A stretch of 64,000 nt of DNA, from contig CP075497.1 in the NCBI GenBank assembly GCA_021613535.1, positions 4,650,001-4,714,000 on the forward strand, written 5' to 3'. Made by a program: the position numbers and the translations under genes. Below are positions 63,347-64,000 of the stretch, in pieces. The notes beneath the pieces are model-generated. The model made no database searches and was not told the origin of the DNA. It saw nothing but the letters and a program-made list of their open reading frames with translations. The first letter of the stretch is position 1. Every line of letters starts with the position of its first letter. This DNA comes from Adineta vaga. Lineage: Eukaryota; Animalia; Rotifera.

Positions 63347-64000
63347 CGTTATTATTTCACGTTGAAAACTTTGTTAATTCACAACAGAATGTATTAATCG
63401 GTTATGATCTTTATTAGTTAACTTGTCGGTTGATATACTTGTCTTTTTCAAGTTTATGTCTTCTATTAAATCTCACAAATAATAGAAAACTATGAAACGC
63501 CTCGTATGACAGCAGGAGAAAGAAAGAAGGCAAACAAGAAGATTGAACGAAGAAAAACATGGATTTTATTAATAAAATCTTTCTATAGTATGTTGGAGAT
63601 GAGAGAAAAAAATCTTACCACTTATTCAGCTTAGTCTTATTTCAATAGACGTCATATTACGAACTAGCAAAAAATGATCTTTAAATGTTCTAATGAACAC
63701 ATAAATAACCTTTATCGTTTCATATTTCCCACGTAATATTGAAAGAAAATGCAGTGCAGATGATGAAAGTTTCAAACAATGACGTTAGTTCTAAATATTT
63801 GTTTTATTTTATCAAAAAAACATTTTTGAAACACATTTATCCTACCTACTCAGGAAGTTTGAGATAAGCACAAGTGTTAATCTAGCTGAGCAAAATTACT
63901 AGTTTTATTTTAGAAATATACTTATTATTGTGCTTATTGCGTGTGTCAAAGCAGAGGTGTACTTTTCTCAACGTGTGATGCTTTTACAACACGATGAAAA

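Noticed and set aside
1-64000. Intact transposons, telomeric repeats, rRNA, canonical tRNA, miR-10 near Hox5
   Set aside because: I saw no transposase or RT motifs, long terminal repeats, telomeric arrays, full cloverleaf or miR-10 mature sequence.

Overview
This is AT-rich, gene-dense eukaryotic genomic DNA with many ~50-65 nt GT-AG introns. That style and the gene families present point to a bdelloid rotifer (inference). About 25 genes can be spliced by eye. Housekeeping and membrane genes: eIF3h, VPS33B, YRDC, STEAP, SLC28/CNT, SPATS1-like, MRPS36/KGD4, OSBPL8/ORP8, bystin, a partial COMMD9, GOLGA4, HSP70, an NCS calcium sensor and a two-EF-hand protein. Developmental and structural genes: Hox5/Scr, an LDLa-TM-PPxY receptor and two Pro-rich repeat proteins. 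Main points of interest: (1) an N4BP1/KHNYN-type RNase carrying an extra N-terminal dsRNA-binding-like domain; (2) a Roquin-like ROQ-only protein with no RING or CCCH finger; (3) a small RAMA-domain protein with an ANKRD31-like tail; (4) a proteobacterial-type agmatinase that has gained an intron and a mitochondrial-type presequence; (5) a trypsin gene nested on the same strand inside an ORP8 intron; (6) a catalytically dead, membrane-anchored chitin deacetylase; (7) a tail-to-tail GOLGA4/Hox5 collision that looks like a breakpoint; (8) two 1-nt frameshifts. All family assignments come from remembered motifs, not database searches.
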